A DNA stretch of 64,000 bases from Trichomonas gallinae (taxonomy: Eukaryota): NCBI GenBank assembly GCA_008369845.1, contig MRSU01002006.1, forward strand, positions 1 through 64,000. Reading direction: 5' to 3'. A program made the position numbers and the translations under genes. The notes beneath the pieces were generated by a model. The model had not been told where the DNA came from. It did no database searches and saw only the letters and a program-made list of their open reading frames with translations. Shown here one piece after another: positions 30,418-40,601 of the stretch; the stretch's first letter is position 1; each line of letters begins with the position of its first letter.

Positions 30418-33400
30418 ATGGGTGTTGGGTTATCTAAGGAGCTCACATCTATTTCTCCGAGAAACCAAATCATTGGAGCATCAAACTTCGATGATGTCAG
30501 CTCAGGTGAGTTATATAAAGAGAGATTTTATACATATTTGCAATCTTTTCAAATTGAAGATTTGGTTCCTGAGGTGCAAACTGATTATTCTCGAGATGAT
30601 TTGATTTCAGTACTGACATACTGCCATGATCATGTATCTAATCTACCAAAATTGCTAGAGGCAGTGATATGTCAAAATGATAACAATGATTTACCATTTT
30701 TGGCAGGATTGCAGTCTGAATTTAAAACATATATAAAGAATGCTGAAATGAGAAAGTCATTTTATGAAGGAATCAGATTAATTACAACGAAATTCAATTT
30801 CAAGAACTCTTTACGACTAAAACACTCAAAACATACAAAACCACAGACATTTGATGACATTTTAAATGCATTTTCAGACGCAGTTAAAAAATTTAAATCT
30901 CCAAATGATTTTAAAAACAATTTCGTCAATACAGTGACATATTTCAGCAATGCTGTACCTACAGATTCTCTTGAATTGCCAAGAAAATCAAATTTTATTA
31001 AATCAAGTTCGAATTATTCAATTATTAACTCTCCACGCGTTTTACCAAGAGGTATAACATCAAATGGCATTTTTCTATTCGTACCTACAGGCGCTCGCTC
31101 TATTTTTATTTATCCACTCAATAATTCTTGCGCATTAACTACTCCAATGATCAGAAATATCAAAGAAAAGTTTTCAAAATCATCATACGCTTACGCTTCT
31201 TTGACAGATTTATACGTTGTCAGCGATAAAGTCATCTACCAGTACAATATCAAACAATTAGTCATGAACGACAGAGATGAAATCACAATTGTTCCTAAAA
31301 TGTCTGGATCCAGCAAGGATACAGTCATCAAAATATCAGATGGCATCAGCAAGTTCAAAGTCTCGAAGAAAGGCGTTTTTATTAATTCTTTGATAAACGA
31401 CGAGGAACACGAAAATGACGACACATACATAGAAGCCAAGGTAAGTCGTCACATGGACGACCGTTGTAAGACTGTTGTTCCTGATCCTGTGAAATTTGAT
31501 TTCACATGTTTCACAAATGGCGCCTTTATTGGATTTTTGATAAAGATAAACCATGATCAGCTGCTATACAGAGTTTTCAGCGCAATTACAGGCGATTTCG
31601 TTAAAGATGAATTAATATTGGATGAAGATATCATGGGCCTCTGCTTTGACGCCGTCAACAGCTGCTATTTCGTTATCAGCTCAGTCGATGATACCCAAAC
31701 AATCGTCAAATCAATCCCAGCGACATCAACAGTCGACTATAGACTTTTCAAGTATCAAATCTACTCGAAAAAGATATTTGAGAAATCGCACTTGGCGAAT
31801 TTCGCTGAATCAGCCTCTAAACTACTCTTCCACTATACGGACGCATCATGTGTTCCAAGTCAGCTCGTTAGCGACAATCATCACAAGTTGTCTGACATGC
31901 TCGATGTACTTAAAGCTTATTTAAATCTCTCACAGGACATTATTCAGCAATATCCTAAACTATACACATCTCTCCTCGAGGCGCTCTGTGTTTTGTTCAA
32001 TATAAATTTGAATCGTCATTTAGTCGGCCGTGCTTACAGACAAAATGTTTGCGACGAAATTTCAAATATTCTAAGGGGAATTCCTATAAACCTTTCATGC
32101 TTGTTATTCTTCTCCAACTTGAATTACCTCATGATGGAGTTGAACGACATGAACATCACAATCATGACAGAGATATTTGTCAATCTCAAGGACCAGTATC
32201 AAATCAAATATGCTTTAACCAAATTAGAAAGATCAAATGTTTTGCAGAGAATTCCATTCCACACCATCAACGGATTCAGCAAATATTTGTTCCAGCAGTC
32301 ATCGTCGATGAACAAATCAGTCAGAAACATGTACTACTTGCATCAAAGAATTTTGATTAATGAAGTTTACACACTTTTAAGCAAGAATCCGTTCTTGGAG
32401 ATCGAATTTAGATCACAAAAGAGAGGCGACTTGATGCAGCAGAATCCACTTGACATTTTTGCAGACTACTTCCAGTCCATTATTACTAAAATCGATTCTG
32501 TCATTTCAGCGTCAAACAGTGGCCATGATTTACTCAAAGATCCATGCATTCACATTTTCGAGAACATGATAAGAATCATGTCATGCTTAGTTTCATTCCA
32601 TTCAATCGCAAGATTCGCTTCCGCTTTATTATCTGTTATTTTGACAAAGTTATACGAGTTTATCAACGCTAAAGCGATCAAGATAGAAGATTCGTCGTCA
32701 ATGCAGGAATTTATTTTGCTGATTCTTTATACTTATTCAAGTTTCGCGTCAACACTTGTTATGGGCGGTGGTTTGAGTGATTTCGAGTCTCAAACAATGT
32801 GGCTGATTCGCGGCAACATCAATTTAGTCGATAACTCTGAGTTATCTGCTAGGCTAGCAAAGATCTCCTACCAAGACATTCAAGCAAATGTTGTTGATTT
32901 CATAAGAGACGGCAACATTTCTGATTACTACAAATACAAGCCGATGATGAACAAAAAACTAACAGGTGACATAATGAAACTCGACAGAGTTGTTTTAGCT
33001 GCTTTAGCCAAGCACACAGGCATGATAGAAGAATTGTTGGATCACAGAGAAACAACAGCGAATATGAAGAAACTGCTGGAACAAATGCTGAGAATTAGAA
33101 ATCATTTCAGAAGTTTCCTGCAAAACGAAAACGAAAAAGAAGCCAAAAACGTTTTCATAAGAGCATTGATGCTTCTCAAGATGGACTCAAAGTTTGCAGA
33201 CGATGAAGTTCCACTGACACAAGTCTCCAATTTCATTACATCTAACAATGAACCGGAACTGATTCCGAAAATCATCTCTTGCCAAAGAATGAGAATACAA
33301 ACAACATTAGTCGGTTTCGCCTTGATAGAAAGAACATACACTATGAACACCCATCCACTATTAGGACAAGTAATTGCTTTCTGCATGTCAAAGATCAATA

Positions 33401-36400
33401 ATTTCGACGGACTCGCAGTCATCGCGAGAATCACGACTTTATCACAGCAACAAATGAAACAGGTGAACTCATTTTTCGAGATGATGAGGAATCAGCTCGC
33501 ACTGACAAACAACAAACATTTTGCTCAGGTTTGCTTTAAGTTCTTCAGAGATATGGAGACATTCGAAGAGACCCGTGATAGCTTCTTCATTAACGCATTA
33601 AATGACTTCCACAAAACGAAATATGATCCACTTTATGCCTTGATTTATTTTTTGGCATTGAAGTATAACAAATTCCCAGAAAATATTGATATAAATAATT
33701 CAGATTTGAAAGACACAGCTTTGTTAGCTGAGATAATCAGGAACACACCGAAGAACGAAGAAGTTTTGGATATTTTGGTTGACAGATACTTCAAGTCTAA
33801 AGATTATTTGATGACAAGAGTTTTGGGAAGATGCATTTTGGAGATTTTGCCAGAATTTCCACAAAAGCTGCCAAAGTTCATCGAAAGATCAGTTATATTC
33901 ATAGGAAACTGTGAAGCAGGCTTAGTTGACAGAGACATAGCATCAGAAATGATGGCAGTTTCGAGATCATTGTTCGACTTTGAGGCAGGAAAAGAGGAAT
34001 TCAACAAATACATTTCATCAATTCGAGTCGATTATCTAAATCAAATCGTTCACGCTGGCGTTTTCGCTATTTTAGGTGATGTTGTTGAACCTATGAGGCC
34101 GTTCTGCAACTCTAAATATATATGGAGAGGCATGGCGACGGAATACATCACTAATTTGATCGATGAGGGACAAACATACTTCTGCATTCCTCATCCATTC
34201 ATTTTAGAAGACCAGCCGAGAACCATCAAGAACAAGCCAAGCAACACAATGATAACAATGCCTCTGATCGAGATGAACAGGAAGAAGTTCTTGCAATATG
34301 ACTGGTTCTTCAAGTGCTTCGACATTTTCGATGAATATCAGCCGACAGTAAAAGTCATCTACAGTTATGCATTATCTAATTTCTGCAGAGACAAAGAATT
34401 CGTTGAACTTCTCAAGCCGAAACACATCGAAAGATTAACAAGAAATATGCAACCTTATTTCAACATAAGGCAGACATTCAACCAGATTTCCTCCCTTCAA
34501 ATGATTCCAAGAGAAAGAAGATCGAACCTGTTTTCATGCCTGAAATTCAGAAATTCAGACATGGATTCATTTTTGTCGCCGATTTTGGACGACAAGGCAG
34601 ACTCAATCAATGTCTCTTTATCTGTTCCATCTTCTTATTTCGCTGGCTACATTGGTATCACGTCATCTCCTCTCGACAGATTCCAGACAAAGTGGAGCAT
34701 GGTTGGAGTTCCAATCGGAAGAGTATATCCTGAAGACAGATTCTTGATGCAACTTCCTCGCGCTAAAGTTTTCACTTTCACTGTTTTTCCGAGCGAAAGA
34801 ACATATCAGGTTGGCGACAAGAAGATTCCATTCCCACCAGGCGACTGCTTCAGAATAGTTGTTGGATGCAGGAATGATTTGAAATTAAGAATTTACTGCG
34901 ATGACAAATTCGATTACGAAAGAACGAATTCTTTCACTTGCCATGCTGTTGCCTGCCAGAATTGTGACCAGATCTACAAAGTTCCTGAGTGGACGCAGAG
35001 ATTCACGAACAACTACGAAGTTCCATCAGATCTCAATGTTCTTCCTGACTCTGACTACGAAATCAGACAAGTTCCAAAAGAAGAAAAAGAGAAATTAAGT
35101 CTTTTGAGGCCGCCAAAGAATATTTTAATACATCTCGGCTTCGCGACATCAGCTTCCGATTATTTGATAGAAGATGAACTAAGAAGCGTTATGTGCTTGT
35201 TGTGCGAGAAGACAAATACATTGGCTGCAGCGAGAATAGCAGCAGTTGATCCTTCAATGATACCTATGGAATACTTAGTCAAACTCTTCTCAATATTAGT
35301 CTGCCAGACAGAATATTTCTCAATAGAAGACTTCGTTGTTGGTCAGTTCCCATTTGATCTTTACACGCCTGTCTGGAACCAAGATTTGCACACAGCAATG
35401 GAACAGGAATTCGAGTCAAAAATTAGCATGAAATCTATCATCAAACTGCCGCAGTTCTTGCGCGCTTTGTCTGATACTTTGTTCAAGATGGTCAATGATC
35501 CTTCAATAAACTTGGCATCGAAGAACCAGACATTCTCTAACTACTTCATGGCGACAAACAGGACCAATAAGATCTCCATTCATCACAAATTCTCTATTAT
35601 CACTGACACAAGTTTCTGCGGATTCATTCCACAATTCTTCAAGTGCAACAAGAAGTTCTTGGATTCACCATTAATCTGCGCCAAGGAAAACATCGAATTA
35701 GAATTGACAGATGTTGCCCAAGGATCTGATGTTTTAGTTTTCGGAATTTCCCATTTATCCCCTGAATGGATTTTTGCGTCTCCTTATGAAACAATCCTTC
35801 TTTTGAAGAACTTCGCTTACATGTGCACATCAATCGCTGACCAGACACTCGCAAGAGGCTTCGCATTAGATCTGTTCAACATGAGATCACCATTAATTCA
35901 ATTTTTCGTTCCAAGTTTGATCCAACACTTACAGATTTTGATTCCACCAACACCAATGTACAAAGACAGGAATTATCTTGGTAAATTGCTGACATTCGGT
36001 TCGATAATCAAGAGACAAGATGACGACAGATTATTCCAAGTCTACAACTCAGAGAGAAGAATCTATTCGTCTAAAAATGCACTGGAAGCTGCACCTTTCT
36101 TCCCAGAATTCTTCGGAACAAAGATTCCAGCACCACATAAAGAAACTCTCGAAATCAATATCCTTCCTATCAACCCCGGCGCTTTCAAGCAAGATTTGCG
36201 CGAATACGTTCAAATCTTGAAACTTTTCTCGCACAAATACACATCGATAATCGGTTTCCCATTCTGGGAGATATTACCATTGTGGTATAGACTCAGCGGC
36301 CTTGCTGTTGTCAACAATGATTTGATTCCACCAACGTACGAACTGACAAACGACGGATACTATAAACTCACAAATCCAAGCGAGCTTGAATTACGAATCA

Positions 36401-38079
36401 AAATCACCCCAAGGATTGCTATTACGCCTGAAACGATGATTGCTGTCAGCAACAACCAGTTCTTCGATGATCCAATATATATCCAAGGCAAGAAGATCAG
36501 AGATATCATCACAACACCCAAGCAAGAGTTGTATCTTTCTGTCGCAACGAAAGGATTAGGCTGGCATCACTTCAAGTTTGAGTTATACTGGGATCTACCT
36601 TACGACAACGAGAACCAGAGGATTGACATCACTCCAGCGACAATCCATGACAGATTCATCGAAGACATGCAGAACTTCGCTGTCAACTGGACACCAACCG
36701 ACACACAAGACCTGTTGTCGATTTTGCCGAAGTCAACACTTTGCCTCCCAACATTTGCTACGACAGAATCAATCGCTAAGACATCAGAGCTCTCACAGAA
36801 ATACGGTGAAACAGTTGTTGCCCTCAAAGCTTTATTGATTCATCATTTTAACTACATAAGAACAATGTGCAAAGAGAAAGTTCCAAGCAACCTTTTGCAT
36901 GGTCTTTCTTCTCTCATAACTTCAGAAGACGCTGCTAACGAAGTCCTCCAGAACATCATCACGAATAACAAGGCATCAGTGCCAAGCTTCGAGATTAACA
37001 GAAAGATCGCACGCCAGCTGATGATGAATGGTGGCGGCCTTCCAAGGACAGTTTCTGTTATATACCAATTGTCACAAGTCATCTCGAGATCAAATCCATC
37101 ATATTTGCAGAACTCAACGAGGCCATGGAAAGTTGCTTTCGTTGGTGAGGCAGCTATCGACGCAGGTGGCCCAGCTCATGAGTTAATGACTGAAACAGCG
37201 GAGTCAATTTTCGATCCAACGAGCGACATCTGCTTCCCGTGCGGACAGTATTTTGTCCCAGTTATGTCTTCCAAAGACCAGATGATAGAATTTAAGACAA
37301 TAGGTGTCTTCTTGGGCATCATTATCAGAGTCAGGCTTCCTCAAACTCTTCCTTTCGCTCCATTCGTTTACGACTTCATCAGCGGCAAATCTGTCATAAC
37401 AAACGACGACATAATCGAAACAGACAAAAACGTGAAGACAATGATCGAGAATATAAGGAACAACAGATCAGACCCTGACTTCGAGAAGATCTGCCCAGTG
37501 AACTGGACATACACTACATGGTCAGGCAAGAAGAAGCTAATGAACGGCCACAGCGCGCACGAATTAGTTTCAGCAGACGGCTCCGAACAATACATCATGG
37601 AATTCTTGAGATTGAGGATTGGCGAGATTCTTCCTGGCCTGCAGTTGATAAGAGAAGGCTTCATAGAGAACACAGGAATAGAATCACACAACTTGTTGAC
37701 TGGCTCACTTTTGAGTCACATGTGTCAAGGTTCTCCGATCATCACTTCACAGCAAATCATGCAGTCATTGTCTGTTTCCAACGGATACGAGTCATTCAGC
37801 GACCCGCCAATCAGATACTTCTTGGAGGCGCTCGAAAGGATGAATGCTGAACAAAGACGTAAACTGTTGAGATTTGTTACTACGTTCACGAGATTGCCTT
37901 CGAACAACAAGTTCAGGTTCAGAATAGATTTGTTGGCCAGAGACGACCCGGACAAATCATTGCCAACAGCTTCAACTTGTTTCAACAAATTGCACTTACC
38001 AGCATATACCAGTGCCGACATATGTTACGAGAGACTCACAGTTGCCATCCAATACTGCGGAACAATGGAGAATAAGTAA
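30418..38079 (+). CDS. Giant HECT-domain E3 ubiquitin ligase
   Basis: C-terminal HECT motifs: VAFVGEAAIDAGGP, RRKLLRFVT, and LPTASTCFNKLHLPAY with the catalytic Cys. First ATG at 30418 (MGVGLSK). Confidence 0.92.
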   Translation: MGVGLSKELTSISPRNQIIGASNFDDVSSGELYKERFYTYLQSFQIEDLVPEVQTDYSRDDLISVLTYCHDHVSNLPKLLEAVICQNDNNDLPFLAGLQSEFKTYIKNAEMRKSFYEGIRLITTKFNFKNSLRLKHSKHTKPQTFDDILNAFSDAVKKFKSPNDFKNNFVNTVTYFSNAVPTDSLELPRKSNFIKSSSNYSIINSPRVLPRGITSNGIFLFVPTGARSIFIYPLNNSCALTTPMIRNIKEKFSKSSYAYASLTDLYVVSDKVIYQYNIKQLVMNDRDEITIVPKMSGSSKDTVIKISDGISKFKVSKKGVFINSLINDEEHENDDTYIEAKVSRHMDDRCKTVVPDPVKFDFTCFTNGAFIGFLIKINHDQLLYRVFSAITGDFVKDELILDEDIMGLCFDAVNSCYFVISSVDDTQTIVKSIPATSTVDYRLFKYQIYSKKIFEKSHLANFAESASKLLFHYTDASCVPSQLVSDNHHKLSDMLDVLKAYLNLSQDIIQQYPKLYTSLLEALCVLFNINLNRHLVGRAYRQNVCDEISNILRGIPINLSCLLFFSNLNYLMMELNDMNITIMTEIFVNLKDQYQIKYALTKLERSNVLQRIPFHTINGFSKYLFQQSSSMNKSVRNMYYLHQRILINEVYTLLSKNPFLEIEFRSQKRGDLMQQNPLDIFADYFQSIITKIDSVISASNSGHDLLKDPCIHIFENMIRIMSCLVSFHSIARFASALLSVILTKLYEFINAKAIKIEDSSSMQEFILLILYTYSSFASTLVMGGGLSDFESQTMWLIRGNINLVDNSELSARLAKISYQDIQANVVDFIRDGNISDYYKYKPMMNKKLTGDIMKLDRVVLAALAKHTGMIEELLDHRETTANMKKLLEQMLRIRNHFRSFLQNENEKEAKNVFIRALMLLKMDSKFADDEVPLTQVSNFITSNNEPELIPKIISCQRMRIQTTLVGFALIERTYTMNTHPLLGQVIAFCMSKINNFDGLAVIARITTLSQQQMKQVNSFFEMMRNQLALTNNKHFAQVCFKFFRDMETFEETRDSFFINALNDFHKTKYDPLYALIYFLALKYNKFPENIDINNSDLKDTALLAEIIRNTPKNEEVLDILVDRYFKSKDYLMTRVLGRCILEILPEFPQKLPKFIERSVIFIGNCEAGLVDRDIASEMMAVSRSLFDFEAGKEEFNKYISSIRVDYLNQIVHAGVFAILGDVVEPMRPFCNSKYIWRGMATEYITNLIDEGQTYFCIPHPFILEDQPRTIKNKPSNTMITMPLIEMNRKKFLQYDWFFKCFDIFDEYQPTVKVIYSYALSNFCRDKEFVELLKPKHIERLTRNMQPYFNIRQTFNQISSLQMIPRERRSNLFSCLKFRNSDMDSFLSPILDDKADSINVSLSVPSSYFAGYIGITSSPLDRFQTKWSMVGVPIGRVYPEDRFLMQLPRAKVFTFTVFPSERTYQVGDKKIPFPPGDCFRIVVGCRNDLKLRIYCDDKFDYERTNSFTCHAVACQNCDQIYKVPEWTQRFTNNYEVPSDLNVLPDSDYEIRQVPKEEKEKLSLLRPPKNILIHLGFATSASDYLIEDELRSVMCLLCEKTNTLAAARIAAVDPSMIPMEYLVKLFSILVCQTEYFSIEDFVVGQFPFDLYTPVWNQDLHTAMEQEFESKISMKSIIKLPQFLRALSDTLFKMVNDPSINLASKNQTFSNYFMATNRTNKISIHHKFSIITDTSFCGFIPQFFKCNKKFLDSPLICAKENIELELTDVAQGSDVLVFGISHLSPEWIFASPYETILLLKNFAYMCTSIADQTLARGFALDLFNMRSPLIQFFVPSLIQHLQILIPPTPMYKDRNYLGKLLTFGSIIKRQDDDRLFQVYNSERRIYSSKNALEAAPFFPEFFGTKIPAPHKETLEINILPINPGAFKQDLREYVQILKLFSHKYTSIIGFPFWEILPLWYRLSGLAVVNNDLIPPTYELTNDGYYKLTNPSELELRIKITPRIAITPETMIAVSNNQFFDDPIYIQGKKIRDIITTPKQELYLSVATKGLGWHHFKFELYWDLPYDNENQRIDITPATIHDRFIEDMQNFAVNWTPTDTQDLLSILPKSTLCLPTFATTESIAKTSELSQKYGETVVALKALLIHHFNYIRTMCKEKVPSNLLHGLSSLITSEDAANEVLQNIITNNKASVPSFEINRKIARQLMMNGGGLPRTVSVIYQLSQVISRSNPSYLQNSTRPWKVAFVGEAAIDAGGPAHELMTETAESIFDPTSDICFPCGQYFVPVMSSKDQMIEFKTIGVFLGIIIRVRLPQTLPFAPFVYDFISGKSVITNDDIIETDKNVKTMIENIRNNRSDPDFEKICPVNWTYTTWSGKKKLMNGHSAHELVSADGSEQYIMEFLRLRIGEILPGLQLIREGFIENTGIESHNLLTGSLLSHMCQGSPIITSQQIMQSLSVSNGYESFSDPPIRYFLEALERMNAEQRRKLLRFVTTFTRLPSNNKFRFRIDLLARDDPDKSLPTASTCFNKLHLPAYTSADICYERLTVAIQYCGTMENK

Positions 38080-38812
38080 TTTTCATTTTATTTTTAGAAC
38101 AATTCCGGCGTTATATTTAGAACAACAAATGCATGCAACACCAGAAACTCATATTATTATGGGTTAACATAGTTACAGGTGCAAAAAATAATAATCAAAA
38201 ATTATATGACTTTATACGAGAGTTATACCAAAATGGCACAAATCTGCCCAATGTACGCATTATCCTCGCTTGCTGCAACTATAACTATCACCTATGTCAC
38301 GCAGAAAAAAGTGAATAACGCCGCAGATTTATGTTTATTTATTTATATTTGTTTGAAATATCTAAAGTGTATTTTATTATTAACTAAATTATTGTTTTAC
38401 AAAAAAACAAATAAACATAAGAAAATCTCGCTCTCAAAAATTCCAAATTGTAAATTTTACACCGAGTGTTAACACCTCATTTATTTTGATCTATACATCA
38501 AAATCCCAAAGAAAAAAACATCACAATGTCAATTTTTATATTAACTAACGAATTTCCTCTTAATTTTTTCTATACTATCGAGATAATACATCGTATGTGA
38601 TTTAAATAACTCAGAATTGAGCTCGAAAAATGTTTTTTTACAATTGAGAATTTTGATTATTTTCACAAATATTTCTGAGGCAATTAAAAATTCTCAAAAA
38701 ATTCAATATAAATCCCTTTTAAATCGAAACCAACTATGTGTGAATAATTTACTAGATGATTTATATATAATGATCTTATTTCTACGTTTGAGATAAAAAT
38801 TTGAAAGAATTA

Positions 38813-38990
38813 GGTAGCGGTACGAGATCACCCGTCTCTGCCAACAATAAGCTGCCTGAGAGTGAACGCAGAAAACGATATTAAAAAAGAAAGTTATTCC
38901 AAAATTTGTAAATTAATTTGGATTCGAGTTGGCGCTGTTTGGTCAAAGAGCAGCCTCCAGGACGACGTAGCGTGGGCTATCAACCATTTT
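38813..38990. ncRNA. GC-rich intergenic island, candidate structured RNA (unverified)
   Basis: Several complementary segments: GGTAGC/GCTGCC or GCTATC, GAGAT/GTCTC, GCCAAC/GTTGGC, GCTGTTT/GAGCAGC, TCCAAA/TTTGGA. No ATG-initiated ORF. Confidence 0.25.
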
Positions 38991-39060
38991 GATTCAATTT
39001 ATTTGATTTTCGCTGTTTTGACACTTTTTATTGTTTAAAGTGATTTTTTCTGAGTAAAAT

Positions 39061-39783
39061 ATGAGAGGTCGCCGTTCTCCTAAGTTCGCATCGGGGACAT
39101 CACGTCTCCCTGATGATGATTATAAGCCGAATGAATCCAGATGCATGCAGGACGGTTCCTTCTTGGAGATAATTCATCCAATTGAAGCTGCTGGGATGAT
39201 TAACAACAAGGAACTGACACCTATTCAAAAGGCAATCACGTTTTGCATAATGGATCATGGTGGTTCCGCATCAGAAAACGAAATATTAGATTTTGTTACG
39301 AAAAAATGGAAACTTATAAACGAGAAATCGATCAGACAATTCCAAGTTAAACCTTGCATGAGGTTGATAAGGCTTAATCTATCCATAAAGAAAGCAAATC
39401 AGCAACTTTTTCTACCAGATCCTGAAAAACCAGGAAATATGATATTAGGCAGCTATGATCCTACTGTTGCCAAACATGAAGATGGCACCGAAGATAGCCA
39501 TGAGTCACCAGAAATACATTCCTCTTCTGAAGAAATACAAAATTCAAATGTTGATTTCACTGATGAACTTTTATCTTTTATGGTACGAAGCAAGACATCG
39601 GTTAAATTCGACGAAATTCTGAATTTTGCGAAAACATTGAATTGCAGAATCAAATTATTTTCAAAATTAAAATTCGACCGACAAATACGAGCAATTCTTA
39701 TATCTTTGAAGACTCAAGGGTTACTATATTACAATCCTTTTGAGGATACGTGGAGTCACCTACCATCTATTTTTCAAAAATGA
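39061..39783 (+). CDS. Hypothetical protein with two putative winged-helix domains
   Basis: TPIQKAITFCIMDHGGSASENEILDFV..RLIRLNLS and FTDELLSFM..SVKFDEILNFA..RQIRAILISLKTQGLLYYNPFEDTWS, separated by an acidic linker. Confidence 0.55.
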   Translation: MRGRRSPKFASGTSRLPDDDYKPNESRCMQDGSFLEIIHPIEAAGMINNKELTPIQKAITFCIMDHGGSASENEILDFVTKKWKLINEKSIRQFQVKPCMRLIRLNLSIKKANQQLFLPDPEKPGNMILGSYDPTVAKHEDGTEDSHESPEIHSSSEEIQNSNVDFTDELLSFMVRSKTSVKFDEILNFAKTLNCRIKLFSKLKFDRQIRAILISLKTQGLLYYNPFEDTWSHLPSIFQK

Positions 39784-40160
39784 GATTGATTTATATTGTT
39801 ATATATTTTGTTATTTAATAAATAAGCGACGAGCAGTGAACTACAATTCATTAAAAAAATCGCCAAAAATCAAAATATTAAAATTTGCGATAAAAATAAT
39901 AGATTTTAGCAAAACGAATCCGCAATCACAACACAATAACTCCCAAATATTGATTTTAATATTCATAATTTTTAGATTATTTTATTGAAAATTATATTGT
40001 AAACGATTTAACTTGATTTAGTTGCATGCAATGCACTTCTCTGACATGGACAAATACATTTTATGATGATTTGGCCATAAAATCGATAAAACATTAAAAA
40101 TAAAAATTTTCTAATAGACGAATAAGATAGGGATAGAAAACACTTTATAAAACAAACAAC

Positions 40161-40601
40161 TCAACTCATGTTAGATAAGTTATTTTGTGCCATAAAGCTT
40201 GGCATACTCTTGGCGATTTCGTCGTACATCTTCTGGAAACCTGAACGGCCGGAGAAGTACGGGTCTTTAATATCGCCTAAGAGAACTATATGTGTTTTAG
40301 AGGTATTTGGCTTCATATTCTTTAGTGCATTGTAAACTTTTTTATCTAATGCCACGATGTAGTCATATAAGAGCCAGTCATCATAGCGGATCTGTCTGAC
40401 CCTGTGCTGGCTCATGTCGATGCCATGTTCCTTAACGATTTCAATGGCTCTTTCATCAGCCTGTTCGTTGACATGGTGGGCGGAAATTGCTGCTGAATCG
40501 GATTTGATTCTGTTATCAGTCATTTTAGAGAAGATGGCTTCGGCGACTGGTGAGCGGCACACATTGCCTGTGCATACGAATAACACTGACTTGTTTTGCA
40601 T
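40161..40601 (-). CDS. Low-molecular-weight protein tyrosine phosphatase
   Basis: VLFVCTGNVCRSPVAE P-loop and IKDPYF. TCATTTTT initiator before ATG 40601. Confidence 0.95.
   Translation of the reverse strand: MQNKSVLFVCTGNVCRSPVAEAIFSKMTDNRIKSDSAAISAHHVNEQADERAIEIVKEHGIDMSQHRVRQIRYDDWLLYDYIVALDKKVYNALKNMKPNTSKTHIVLLGDIKDPYFSGRSGFQKMYDEIAKSMPSFMAQNNLSNMS

Noticed and set aside
38851..38880. TPP riboswitch (CTGAGA), hammerhead or U3 box B resemblance
   Set aside because: Downstream TPP elements, the CUGANGA core, and U3 boxes C/D are absent.
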